In this document: positions 1-12,506 of the stretch, one piece after another | Numbering within the stretch: position 1 is the first letter of the stretch | Layout of the letters: each line of letters opens with the position of its first letter | Source: Tubulanus polymorphus | Lineage: Eukaryota > Animalia > Nemertea | Length of the DNA: 64,000 bases | NCBI RefSeq assembly: GCF_964204645.1 | Contig: NC_134025.1 | Location: 28,748,299 to 28,812,298 of the forward strand | Reading direction: 5' to 3' | Notes under the pieces: model-generated | What the model saw: the letters and a program-made list of their open reading frames with translations, nothing else | Database searches by the model: none | Told to the model about the DNA's origin: nothing | Made by a program: the position numbers and the translations under genes

Positions 1-256
1 AGTATTGACATCAAACTAAAACTAATGGCCAGAAAATCAGATACCAGAAAGCTAAACATGCTTAGTGATTTGTATATACAAAATTACATAATTCATATAT
101 GATCGCAACAACTATTTTTGACTGGCAGGAAAAAGCACAATCATGCTGTTATGATAGAAATGCGGGCGTGATGATAATTGCTACATCGTCAGTCTCAGCA
201 CAGATTGAGCTTACACATACAAACACTAATCAAACAACGTGACGACATCATTTTAC

Positions 257-3228
257 CTGTTCATCAACTCCAACTATCTTTACAATACCCTTCTTAACAC
301 ACCAGGCAAAAATGTACAGTAACAACAGTACAAAACCATAAACTAACATATACATTAGGACTTTTACTTGACCGTGATACCATTTAAAGCGGTGTTCATC
401 TGGGAACAATGGAATAAACCGAGTATTATGTGCATCTTTGAGACGACGATGACGGCCATGATTAATCCTGGCCTCATCGTAGTGTCTGTAACTCGTGGCT
501 ACGCTACTCAGTAGTAACGTGGTTGCCAGTGGTTACAGCAGCGCGTGCTCCGTACTTATCCCGGCATAAACAACGTGACGAAATTGATTTTATATTATTC
601 AGCGTCGGTGACGAAGAACTGCGCACAGCACACGGCGAACACTTTAAACAAAAGCCATTGAAACCTGTGTCAGCATCTGCTGCTAGATAACTTTTTCAAA
701 TAGATGCAGCTTCACACATTTTGTTCGGAGCTGTTTTAAAAATGTCTCCTACGGCTGCGAACAATAGAGGTATTATTGACAGAAACAATGGATTCAGTAC
801 TGACACAATGTAATGAACTCAGTTGCCTCTCATCTTCTTTCAATGTCTGAGTAAAAATTATTTCTCATTACTGAATACAATAAATGAAATTCTGTTTTTT
901 TTGCTCATTGTTTGAACCCACAGTCGACACCTTGTGTTCATAGAGCACCGGGTTCGGTTGTATCTCGTAAAGGAAAACAAATTTTGAATTTCACCCGACC
1001 ATCAAGCTATCCAACTATCAGGCCTATCACCTGTTTATACTTTGATTGCGGGTATCAAATTTAAACCCACTGTTTCGTTCCTAGCAGGTGCGGTGGGTTT
1101 GTAAGGGATACAAAATCAAATAATCAAATCATGAATCATAAATAGGAAAGACAATTCCCTAATTTTTAAAGATCAGAAGTTTTCATATTCCACGAATAAG
1201 CCGTACAGTTGCATTATATCGACGATTAGGAATTCTTGCACAAAACCATCGACCGTGTTTTAAACGATGCATGAAAATCGCTGATGGCAACTTTACCGAT
1301 GATTTCTCAGAAAAAAAACTCACACCACCGATAACTAGACAGTACGGCTCTCCTAGAGATATCCGACCAGACTCACACGAGACTTCCGTGCAAATATCTC
1401 AAATTTCGCAGATCGAAATCTCGTTAATTTATTATTTCGGAAATCGGATACTGTTTCAGTGAGATTTCTTTCATCAATTTTATAAATGGAATGCCCGTGC
1501 GCGATAAGACAAATTCTTTCTACTTTAGAATTGAGGAATTCAAAGCCACTTGATTGATTCAATCTTTTTATCATTACTTCTAAATCCACATAGTACCTAA
1601 TAGGTTTTCTCTGAACTCCGATAAGGCCTCATCGTCAATAACTGGCAATATTCTTAACACTACTAATGGATTTTTAAAGCCCACTTTCTCCGTGGCTGTT
1701 ACATCTCAAATGAATGCCCCCTAGCATGCAAGGAAATCTTGTAAATCCTTTAAAAATAAACACGACTAAAATAGCAGCAAATGCTGTGTTAATTCTATAT
1801 ATCTTCAATCTGTTCTTTGACGCAACTTCCAAAGTGTAAAATTCTAATTCGCTGATCACGAAATTGCGATATACCTTCACTCACTTCCATCTGATCAATA
1901 ATAAAGCTACAATCAACCAGTAGCAGGAAAAGCACTTTGCAATAAAAGAGCAACTTGAAATTTCCCCGGAGCTAAAACCTGAGCATTGCGTAATATAATA
2001 TACAGTACTGGATGTGCCAGGCATATAGCTGCATATTCAGGATATTTGCTGTATGAATGAATATAGTCTTTATGTACATAAGATAAATCCTGAATGAAAA
2101 GGACAGATATTATATTTCGAATATATAGCCCTAATAATACATCGTTCAATGATTTACGTACCTTTCTCTTAGGAGTTTTGATTTCTGGCCTGTGGTCCAG
2201 CGCATTTCCTCCATCCCCGGAATGTCCATGAAACAACTGACCAAGCTTTCCAATGAAAGCCATTTGGTCATATCAGCATCTATACTAGGCTACCGTCATT
2301 GTTATAACATTCTGAAAAAGATGTTCTAATTTTTTTAGAAAATTGCTATTCAGACAGTATAGTTACAACTAAAAATATTTATCAATGAAGGATCTAGGCC
2401 TACCAGCTTTGACATTTTAATTAAAGTGCATTTGAAAACTGATCATCAATAAGTCTATATCCATCCGCGTCATCAATGCCCACTTATTGTGATTGAAACA
2501 ATGTTCGCACGGGGATGAAGCACATTCAGTTAGGACTAATAAATAAAAATTACCAGAATTTTCAATAAAATACTGTAAATATTCTGCAACATCAAAACAC
2601 CATTCAAGTTAACACTAATATAGTATAATATAATCCCATATCAATTGCTTAGCTCAAAAATGTGCTCATGTGCACATATACAGATAAACTACTTAGATGT
2701 CAGTTAGTTTGTAAATGACATTAGATCTTTCGCAATAGCCCCACTCAGTCACCGCCTATGGTGTCCCCACTCTCTTCAATTAATTGGAATAGACGGTTAA
2801 TTACTTATTAGATACACAGTGACACGTGGCGTGGACACTGACCACTTGATTATGCAACATACCTGAATCTTTCTGACACGTGCATATAATTGTCTTATTC
2901 AAATCACCATCCCCCTGAGCTGTGGAAGTTATGATGACTTGAAGAGTTTCAGTAGCGATGAGGAGGCAGGGCTGGCCTTTTGTTATATCATTCTACGGTG
3001 GCCGGTAATGACTAAACAGAAAAGTAGACCACTTTCATAAATTTCTTCACACACCCGATTGGAATGACATACGATGAATATATTCACTTTACTTCTATCA
3101 AAACATATTTCTATTGATTCTAAGTAATGATATTTGTCATTTCAGTCGATTTTAAGAAATTAATTATATTCGACGAGGCGTCCTTCGGTTTTTCACATCG
3201 AGTGAGCCGAGCCGATGCGGCGCTTACC
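257..3228 (-). CDS. Putative spliced gene of unknown product, with a hydrophobic membrane-spanning exon; runs off the left edge
   Basis: Exon 399-257 has a ttcccag acceptor and a CAG|gtaaaa donor and translates EHRFKWYHGQVKVLMYMLVYGFVLLLLYIFAWCVKKGIVKIVGVDEQ. Exon 2311-2162 has a tttcag acceptor, an AAG|gtacgt donor and an ATG at 2263 (MAFIGKLGQLFHG...KTPKRK). A candidate 5' UTR exon has a GAG|gtaagc donor at 3228. The intervening exons and frame are unresolved. Confidence 0.4.
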
Positions 3229-3420
3229 TCGTCGTGCACGCCGTTCGCGCATACTCGGGTAGTAGGGAAACTCCATTGAAATTACTTCCGGGTTACAAAA
3301 AATAAAAATATCATCTTGAATTAAATGCACCCGTAGAGCACATATATGTTGGATTAAGTTGATTCAACCGCTAAAGTAAGGGCTAGCTAGATATACAGTT
3401 AAATTACACTTGAGGTCAAC
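3228..3420. promoter_or_regulatory. Probable bidirectional promoter between the left-hand gene and the OCRL/INPP5B gene
   Basis: CpG-rich patch at 3170-3300 with an ETS-type ACTTCCGG at about 3284, between divergently oriented genes. Confidence 0.4.
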
Positions 3421-3981
3421 AAATTATGGCAAAATCTGTGCGGTATAAAGGGCCTATTTCCCCCTCCTCTCCCGGCCCTGTCTCTTGTGTGCTGTCTCTC
3501 TGTACGTGTGTTTGTTTGCCGGGCTATCTATCTGTGCCGTGGGCTGACATTTATTTCAGAAAAGAAATGATCAAATTGATATAATCAAAACAATGGCGGA
3601 AAACCACACATGCCACCACTAGTCTAGTGTCGCTAATTGCCAATGGTATGCCAGACCGGCGAACAGGCCTCCCCACAGCCTTACAGGGCCTCAAACGCTG
3701 AACAAAGTCAAAGTCAAGTTTATGATTTTAGATGCTAAATGTGATGCGTGTTTTGGGAAAAATCTGATTGTGAAATTTAACCACAGTCTATTTAGTCTGA
3801 ATACCAGGCAGGTGATGTACTACTGGTCATTTGGGAACAATGGCTAGATATAAGGAAGTTACCATCATGATTCATGTTACCCCGATAAAAATCATTCACC
3901 CAATTCATAATCATATAGTCACGTTCATATTTATCAATGAATTTATTTCAACAGGTTTAGTGTAGCGGAAAGAGCTGAAAA

Positions 3982-6900
3982 ATGGATATAAATTTTATCG
4001 AAAGAAAACTTTCTTCTGGTGAAAGGTGTATTGCTGTATCCTTTTTACTACACTGCGTATGTTAAGGCGTTCTGTTATATGGAGCCTCGTAGGGATTTTC
4101 TCTCACGCTAGATTTTGATCTATTATATGTTGTATAGATTCAAGCGCTATCTGTATTACACAGCTGTGTGGACGAATTTGAATGAGAAACATTCAATTAT
4201 CTACGTTTCATTGAATCAAATGATATTCAATCGAATTACAAAAGAATTTCATGCCGTGCGAAAAGATTTTCCTTAAAAGATTATGATAACAGTTTGTAGA
4301 AGCGGGATTGGTCGAAGGATGGTTGAAAACCAATAGGATTCTAGCTTTAGTTGAACGTGATAAAGAATTTGGGTACGAAAAATTGTTCCGTTTGTTTTTA
4401 GCGGTGAAAACATTTGACCATGTTGATAAATTATTGATGAAGATCGTTTTGATTTCAGACTGTTTGTATTATGTTTGAAGAGTCCGACTGCTCTTGACTC
4501 CAGTGATATCCTGTTTAATCGCGCTTTGCCGATTCGATCTGACTTCAAATATATTTTCGGTAAAACTGAATTAAGTTATTCATACATGATCGATAAAAAG
4601 TTTGAAAGTGTGAATCATTTTTTTTCTAAGATTCGTTTTATTCTATGTTTTACAGATACAAGTTCTAATCGACCAATAGGTATGTTAATATAAATATGAA
4701 TTTAGTTGAAAAACTGAATCAGCTCATGGGCGAATGTATGAAATGTTTTTTGTATATTTGTTTAAAAGGTGGAGAGGTACCGATAAAGATTACTAGTGGT
4801 CAAGAAGATTTCATATTTGAAGTCTCAAATGGCTCGAACGCGAATAAATTCTTTTCAAAATTAAAGCAAGCGCTTCAAGATACGTGTAATATCAAAGGTA
4901 TATTTTTTTACAAAATCATACTAGTTTTATAAACCGGTTTTACCTTTAAACCTAGGGATCATTCACTTAATAAAATCAATTGGGAATATAATTTTCAAAT
5001 CAGTTACCGGTAGATACGTATTTTCTGTCATTCTAGTGAACGGTCTGCCATCTTCATTCTCGTGGCTTGAGAAATACAATCAACCAACGCCAAACATCAG
5101 TACGCCTAGTCATGACTGTGAATCTGCTGCTGCTGATATGTTTGATCCGTTACGCATCACGATCTCCGCTGATTCCAATGAAACTAAGAAAACCAACAAT
5201 GACTGCGATGAAACGGGTAAATTGAAGATGAACTGCATATCCATTCATCACAAGTTCAGCCATATGATGGGTAACTTTTCATTTGAGTACTTTATGTAGA
5301 TGGAAATTATATTCGTAAGATTGGTGTTTTTCAGATTGGCCATGGAGTCGTGTTATTCAGCCAAATGCTCAGAAAACCTGTCCAGTTGTCAGTAAGTATA
5401 AATTATTATTTGTTATAAATGTACTGATATCTTGTTGTTCTAATGTCTGTTGCAATCTTGATGAGGCTTTTGTTTGTTCGGAATTTGTAAAGACAAAATT
5501 GTAAAGAAAATATTTTTTCGGTTTTGGTGTCACTTTACACTGTATTATGATAAGCGTTATCATGTAGTTTGCCTTGTTCTCAGGTATTTTCTGTAACAGT
5601 CAATTCAGTTTTCAGAAAACCTTGAAAAATCTATCAATGTTTTTTAATCATTTTTTCTGCAAGCTCCTCGAAGTCGACAGCGGGATTCAGTAAATCTACC
5701 CATTCGATGGAAAAGCATGTGCTCCATAATTCTTGGTATTAATCAATTATTTGAGGTCGCTTTGGTCAGTTGTAACTTGCAGATGCCTTTTGTATATTTC
5801 ATATGTTCATTGTAACATAATAGTTTTATGCAAACTCGACTTTGATGCTATATATAAACATAGGACTAGCAATCGGTGTACAGGCCATTTTCTGGTTAAA
5901 GGCATCTGTAGGTTTTCAGCCAATTCAAAAGGAAAGGTTAAAGGAAAAACTTCAAGTGAAAAATCTATGCTTGGCACACTGCAGATTAGCGGTTTGTCCA
6001 GAATGGATGGAGTTTGGCATGCACTCCTAAAACTTGTGTTCTTTTTATAAGACATTTAAGAGTATTGAATTCAATTTCTTTTCAAGAAAGAAAGATTTGC
6101 TATAAGAGTTGAATAAAAAATAGAGAAAAACAGCCTCACCGAATTAGCTGAGGGAGGTGTAAGGAATCTAGTAGGCATAATGGAAAGATACAGTACTTTG
6201 TTAGCTTAGACTTTAGCAGTTTAACCAGTTGAAATGCATCATAGAACTTATCGTACTTGTATCCCATTCATTTGTGCTTCGCTTATGAAGGATGTCTGTC
6301 AATCCACTCTGCACAAATGCTTAGCCATATTATAGATTGCTATAATATGGAATCAAACCTTTATTTAGTGAATGCTTGGCTCCCGCAAAAGTATGCACTC
6401 AAAAGAGGTATTCACTATTACCAGGTGCACGGTTAAGGCTGATGCAGAATATTTCATCGTACACTATTGATGTAAAGATTTATATCCATTTTTCAAAAAG
6501 GTGTTTCCGAGGCACATGCGAATAGCTCTACAAATAAATCTCTCGGTTTCGAAGATAATTTCACTGATATGGCGAGGTTGACTGTTCGTGACAATGATTC
6601 GATGTCGATGTCATCATCTATAACATCACTCAGTAGTTCAACTACTCTACAAATGTCGAAGTAAGCAGAACGTTTTTATTATGATAGGGTTTTCAATTGA
6701 TTTATTGCTACACCTGTTGTTAGTACTGATAAACACATACTGGTATGAGTAGTATTTGATAAACAGTGGGGATTTCCCACTGTTTTCCAGTAATAAACAG
6801 GATAAGCTCATGAATGATATTGATATTGTGTGCATATAAGGGTAGCTGTAATGATAGCGATTAAATGAATTGTTTTTTTCACAGGAGTCTGGATGATTTA

Positions 6901-9900
6901 TCCGATGCTTTGAGTGGTCTACCTAGTCATATTGCCGGTGTAAAACCTGTCGGTGCTCGTGATTTATATATAAAAGCATTCATGAAGAATAGAGAAAGTG
7001 AATTTTCGACTATGAAACCAATGAGGTATTGAAACAAGTGGATTTTGTTAGTAATCCAATTTCGGGTTAGTTTAGTATTCAAACGAGAAGTTTCAACTAA
7101 ATGTTTGAAAATTAATTTCAGCGTATTCTGCGGAACATGGAATGTAAATGGTCAACAAGCATCAGTAGGTCTTCATCCGTGGTTAGCTCACGATGAAGAC
7201 CCTCCTGATGTTTACGCTATAGGGTAAGTCTCCATAAAACTGCCTTTCAAACTAAACTAAAACTTGTAGACTATTTTTGTGATGTTATTCAAAATGAATC
7301 TTTAGATTTCAAGAATTAGATCTCAGTAAAGAAGCGTTTATATTCAATGAATCGGCTCGTGAAGAGGATTGGTATAAACAGGTTACGCAAGCATTACATC
7401 CTCAAGCCAAATATAGAAAGGTATCAATGAATTCATTTTGCTGGTGGAAATAATCTAAAGATTAAAATCCACTCTATACAGAACAGAATTTATCCATCAA
7501 GACGTTTCTCTGACCTTTTTGGAGGCCATAGTCTAATTCATGTCAAATAAAATTTGCTTTGATATTTTAGATTTGTATTTATAGTGGTTTTAATTGTATA
7601 GTGCATCTCTATTTCTGGGTGTACGGGCTAATTTACTATGACTAAGCTTGTCTTGTTGTTATTACTGGTATATTATGTTATTACTGGTATATCGTGTATA
7701 TTTACGGTACGCTTATTTTCTGAATTTAGGTTCGGTTGATAAGATTGGTCGGTATGATGTTGATAGTTTTTATTCAAGACAAACACGTGCCTTTCATCGC
7801 GGATATAACCTCAGAATCTGTAGGAACTGGACTCATGGGTAGAATGGTTAGTGAAGGAATTATCAGTTCCAGCAGCGCACTTAGAATTGATATTTTCACA
7901 CTGGTTTCTCCGGAGCAAGGGTAACATTTTCTGTCTCTTATTTTCAGGGTAATAAAGGAGGCGTAGCCGTCAGGTTCAGGTTGTATAATACAACTATTTG
8001 TTTTGTGAATACGCATTTAGCGGCTCATGTTGATGAATATGAGAGACGAAATCAGGTAACATAAAACAACTTTTTTGATGTAAACAAGTTCAATGAAGTA
8101 TGATTAGATTGTTACGAATATTTTCATTGATGTTTAGGATTTTAGAGATATCATGGAGCGACTGTCATTTGGAAAGGTTGACTGTTCAATTAAAGATCAC
8201 GAGTAAGTGGTACTAAATCACATATACGGGTAACTGTATCATAACTTTTATCATTTGCGACATCATAAATTCACCGTTTCTCATTTGATAGTATGGTATT
8301 TTGGCTCGGCGATCTCAATTATCGTATCAGTGATCTTGATTCGGAAAAAGTCAAATATCACCTGACGCGAAATGAGTACGATGTTCTCTTACACCATGAT
8401 CAGGTATTACATGAATATGTTTTGCTGTTTTGATTGAGTGAAAACAGTAAACACTTTTTCATTTATTCACTGTCTGTTTTCTATATCTATTTAGCTTTAC
8501 GTTCAAATGCAACAAAAACGAGTGTTTCAAGGTTTCTACGAAGGAGAGATCAATTTCGCTCCGACTTATAAATATGATCCTGGAACTGATAATTGGGATT
8601 CCAGGTAAGTGAAAAATTTACGTGTACCGATATTTTTGTATATTTCTCTGAGATGTAATGAGAATATTTTGTGTGTTTTATCAAGTGAAAAGAATCGTCC
8701 TCCTGCCTGGTGCGATAGACTACTATGGCGTGGTGATAGTATACAGCAGCTACAATATAGAAGTCATCCAATATTGAGAATTAGTGATCATAAACCTGTC
8801 AGTGCAATATATAGTGTCGGGGTAAGTGATTTTACTATTCTTATCCTTATTTTCTGATGAATGATAGAAATCTAACTCTTTTCACTAGTGATGTTTAATG
8901 TTTAGGTAAAAGTGATAGACTGGCCTAAACACAAGCGAGTTTTTGAAGATGTGATGAAAAAACTAGATCGATTGGAAAACGAATTTCTACCGCAAGTTTC
9001 GCTGGATAAAGTTGAGGTATGTAAATCTCTTTATCAATTATATGGAATGTTCATCGTTTAGTAACATTTAATTATTATCTAATTGATTTTCAGTTGAAGT
9101 TTGAGAAAGTAAAGTTCATAGAACCGCAGTCTCATACACTGACTATTGCCAATACAGGCCAGGTAAGCATTCATACCTGGTACGAGCCTGGTTTAACTAG
9201 AAAACTTTTTTCAAGAATGGTTTTATACGTTTACAGGTTCCAGTTCAGTTTGAATTCATCAATAAACTCGATGATCAATCGTATTGTAAACCATGGCTCA
9301 ATATCAAACCACATAAAGGATGCATAATGTCTGGTAAATATCTCTATAACTGTCTCTCTGTCAAAGCCTTTCTCGAAATCATACCGTAATAAATGGTGTA
9401 TATTTTATAGCTGATAGTATTGAGGTCGAGGTAGAAGTTTACGTCAATAAAGAGACTGCTCCTAAACTAAACTCCGGAGATGATAATATAGAAGATATAT
9501 TGGTGCTACATTTGGATGGTGGAAAAGACTTTTTCATATCCTTTTATGGCCACTACCATTATATGTATGTCTATGTGCATTTCTAGTAAAAGCGTCTATT
9601 TCTTGCCAAATACTTTCTATAGGTTTTTGCCTTAACATTGACTCACATTTCCGTGTCAGGGGATTATATCCCGAGTTGTTTCGGTTCCTCTATGGAAGCA
9701 TTAGTGCATATGTATGGACCTATTCGAGAGGTTCCAACTGCTCAGTTGATCGACTTGGTAAGCTTTAATTTCTTCATCAAATCCAAATCATTTCTAGTTC
9801 GTTCCTTCTTTTCTAATGAGGTTCAACGATTACATTTGTGCACAGGAGCATTTGTCACCGTTGGAGTCGCCGATATCAGAAGTTCCCGGCACTGGAACTA

Positions 9901-10921
9901 AATCGCTGGACATTCCTAAAGAAATCTGGAGATTAGTAGATCACATATATAACAATGGAATGCAGGAGGTAGGTCCAGGTCCTGGCTTAATGATGCTCTT
10001 CTAGTGATCTTGTCAGAAATGATTTGGTTCCATTTTTCATTTGCAGGAGGATCTTTATCAGCAGCCTGGATTACACTCAGAGATTCAAAAAATACGGGAT
10101 TCCTTGGACACAGGACTTCCTGAAGTCATACGTATCCTTTCTATACTGTTTCTGTAATCATTTAATATATCTAGCAATTGAGACTATGATGTAACAATCT
10201 GGCGATTGTTTGACTGCCTTAACTGGATGAATACAGCTGGGTCAATCCATTCCATATCAGAGGCTCTATTAGTACTTCTGGATTCTTTATCTGAGCCTGT
10301 GATACCATATAATTATTACCAAAAATGCCTCGATCATTGCACCAATTATCCTATCACTAGACAGGTAAGTAAAATTGGCATTTCTAATCTGAATTACTAC
10401 GAATCAAATACATCTAATGTAATATGTAAACAAGTATATTTTGTAATTACAGTTGATATCTGTGCTGCCTCCAATACACAGAAATGTATTTCGCTACATC
10501 TGTGCATTTCTACGCAAGCTTCTTGAGTTTACTATGTATAACAATTTGGATGTCCACTGTTTAGGTAAGTAACATACAGTAACATACGACAGTAAACTTT
10601 ACGCACGTCAGATCTTAATGGACCATAAAAATTCGTCCAATTCTGATTGATATCCAATTTAGATTTTTTAAATTTCATTAATCAGATCAGAAAAATTTAT
10701 CTAAACTTTCGACGCAAGTTGTCATTTATTTGTTCTTCTTTATTGTGATTTTAGCTTCTTTGTTTGGAGCTGTGATATTGCGAGCACCTCTTGAATCGAG
10801 GAAACAACTTCGCGTTACGGCTAGCGCCAATCGAATGAAGACTCACGAATCCGAAAAGAAGAAAACTACGTTCATGAGCAATTTCTTAATCAATGATGAT
10901 TGGTTGATCGAAACAGGATAG
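3982..10921 (+). CDS. OCRL: Inositol polyphosphate 5-phosphatase of the OCRL/INPP5B family (PH, 5-phosphatase, ASH, RhoGAP-like domains), about 26 coding exons
   Basis: Starts [18 protein letters not shown]|[20 protein letters not shown] (INPP5B-like PH domain). Motifs: FEDNF at 6548-6562; [58 protein letters not shown]; ASH motifs LTIANTGQ and [15 protein letters not shown]; LIDLE; pseudo-GAP DLYQQPG. Stop at 10919-10921; AATAAA near 11503. Confidence 0.95.
4036..4292 (+). other. U12-type intron, GT-AG subtype (OCRL intron 1)
   Basis: 5' splice site GTATCCTTTT; branch-like TTTTCCTTAA at 4267-4276 shortly before the AG at 4291-4292; flanking exons join in frame (CIA|FVE). Confidence 0.85.
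9536..9646 (+). other. U12-type intron, AT-AC subtype
   Basis: 5' splice site ATATCCTTTT; branch TTGCCTTAAC at 9627-9636; ends AC at 9645-9646; the join gives GGKDFF|[13 protein letters not shown], as expected for the ASH domain. Confidence 0.93.
10132..10236 (+). other. U12-type intron, GT-AG subtype
   Basis: 5' splice site GTATCCTTT; branch CTGCCTTAAC at 10214-10223; AG at 10235-10236 with no polypyrimidine tract; the join gives [17 protein letters not shown]. Confidence 0.92.
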
Positions 10922-12506
10922 AATCGAAACGCATGCGTTTATACATAGACTACTGCACCAGACACTTGATGTACACTTTTACTGATTAAATCGTATTTAT
11001 TTATTAAATGTGACACCAAAAAAAGAAACTGGTTGAAGGATTGTTGCACTTGTACATGTGAAGATACACACAATTACATCGGGATGACATGTATAGTTAC
11101 GAAAGGATTGGTTTTTGGATAGTTATAGATCTAAATCATCATCAATGATTGTAAATACACTTGCACTAAATCTCTAGGGAGGAATTCATTCCGAGAATTG
11201 ATTTAAGCTGTAAATCTATACAGAGAGATGTGCGATGTTCTCGAGAGAAAGTACGATTTACAATAGCTCGTTGATTTTTACTTCAAAGGCAGTTATGAGT
11301 ATTAATCTGAGTTGATAAAGTAACTGATGAGATTGCTGAATCATTTTCATGTGTTTGCAACTACCGGTAATTGGAATATTGTAAAAAAAAAAGCTAGGCG
11401 TACTGTATGTCATTTCGGATTTTAACAAGATAATTTTGAAATTATTTGAGTTATAAGCGTTGCGTGTTATGTAATGTAATGTTTAGGAAAATACCTAGCA
11501 ATAATAAAGTTCTTTCACCTTATAGCAATTATTTGATGTTTATACAAATAAGATAATGATAGGAAGGGTTGAAAAGGTTAAGTTACGTGTAATGTCATAT
11601 TGACAATTGTTTGGAGATTAAACGCATCACAAATGATTTTAAAATAGATAAATTGAAATATGTTTGTATTAACATAGATTTCTCATACATGTTTTGAATC
11701 AAAAAAAGGTATTTTTTAGTATACATACAATCTGTTTACTTAGGTCTTCATAGTTCTACTGCTTATAATTGTCAGATCCTGAAAGACTGATTTATATCCC
11801 AGTAGGTTACAGCTGGGATATTTTACTTTGAATTGTCAGATTTTGATAACAGTACCAAAGACATTAATTTCTTTTTCCATTTAGGGTGAGCTATTCTGTG
11901 GATACTTTGTTTGTAGGAGGTTTCAATGCTGATTTATACCAGTAAAATATATTGGTTATATATTGAGTACTTTACTTGCTATTCATTCGAATTTGTTTTT
12001 AAAAAGTTGCTTTTACTCACTCTTTGATAACTCAAACATCAGCAGCTCTTCCCAAATACATAGAATTTTTTTACGTACAACAAAATTGTTTTACATATTA
12101 TGATGCTATCCAGAATAGATTTCAGCTATGAAAAAATAATGTAAAAATATTTGTAAATTCTGAATGCTTGATAATGCTAAATATATAATAAAAACAGCCC
12201 ACTGCCAAAATATTTATCAACGTAAATTTAATCTTTGCTGGTTGGATATGAATGAGTGATCACCAATTTTTCGGTTTTGGTTGATAATACAAAGGACTCA
12301 CACGAGGCAGCTAAGGACATTGAGCTCTATTGATACTCGATCACAATGAATGAAATAATGGAATACCTGTCACATTTCTGTCATAGAGCATTCACATTGA
12401 GGTAATGATTTGCTGGACTTGGAAACAGTAACACGTATCTATCCCATGTTGCATACAATTAGCTCATTTCAGTAAAGTTTCTTATTGACATCTTTCAGAG
12501 TTAAAC

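Noticed and set aside
1271-1880. Short ORFs on both strands (1271-1462, 1353-1589, 1674-1880)
   Set aside because: No recognisable motifs and no consistent splice or frame support; at most fragments of the unresolved left-hand gene.
1913-1915. TGA ending the 2263-1913 ORF as a possible selenocysteine codon
   Set aside because: A TAG follows two codons later, there is no redox motif, and I could identify no SECIS element.
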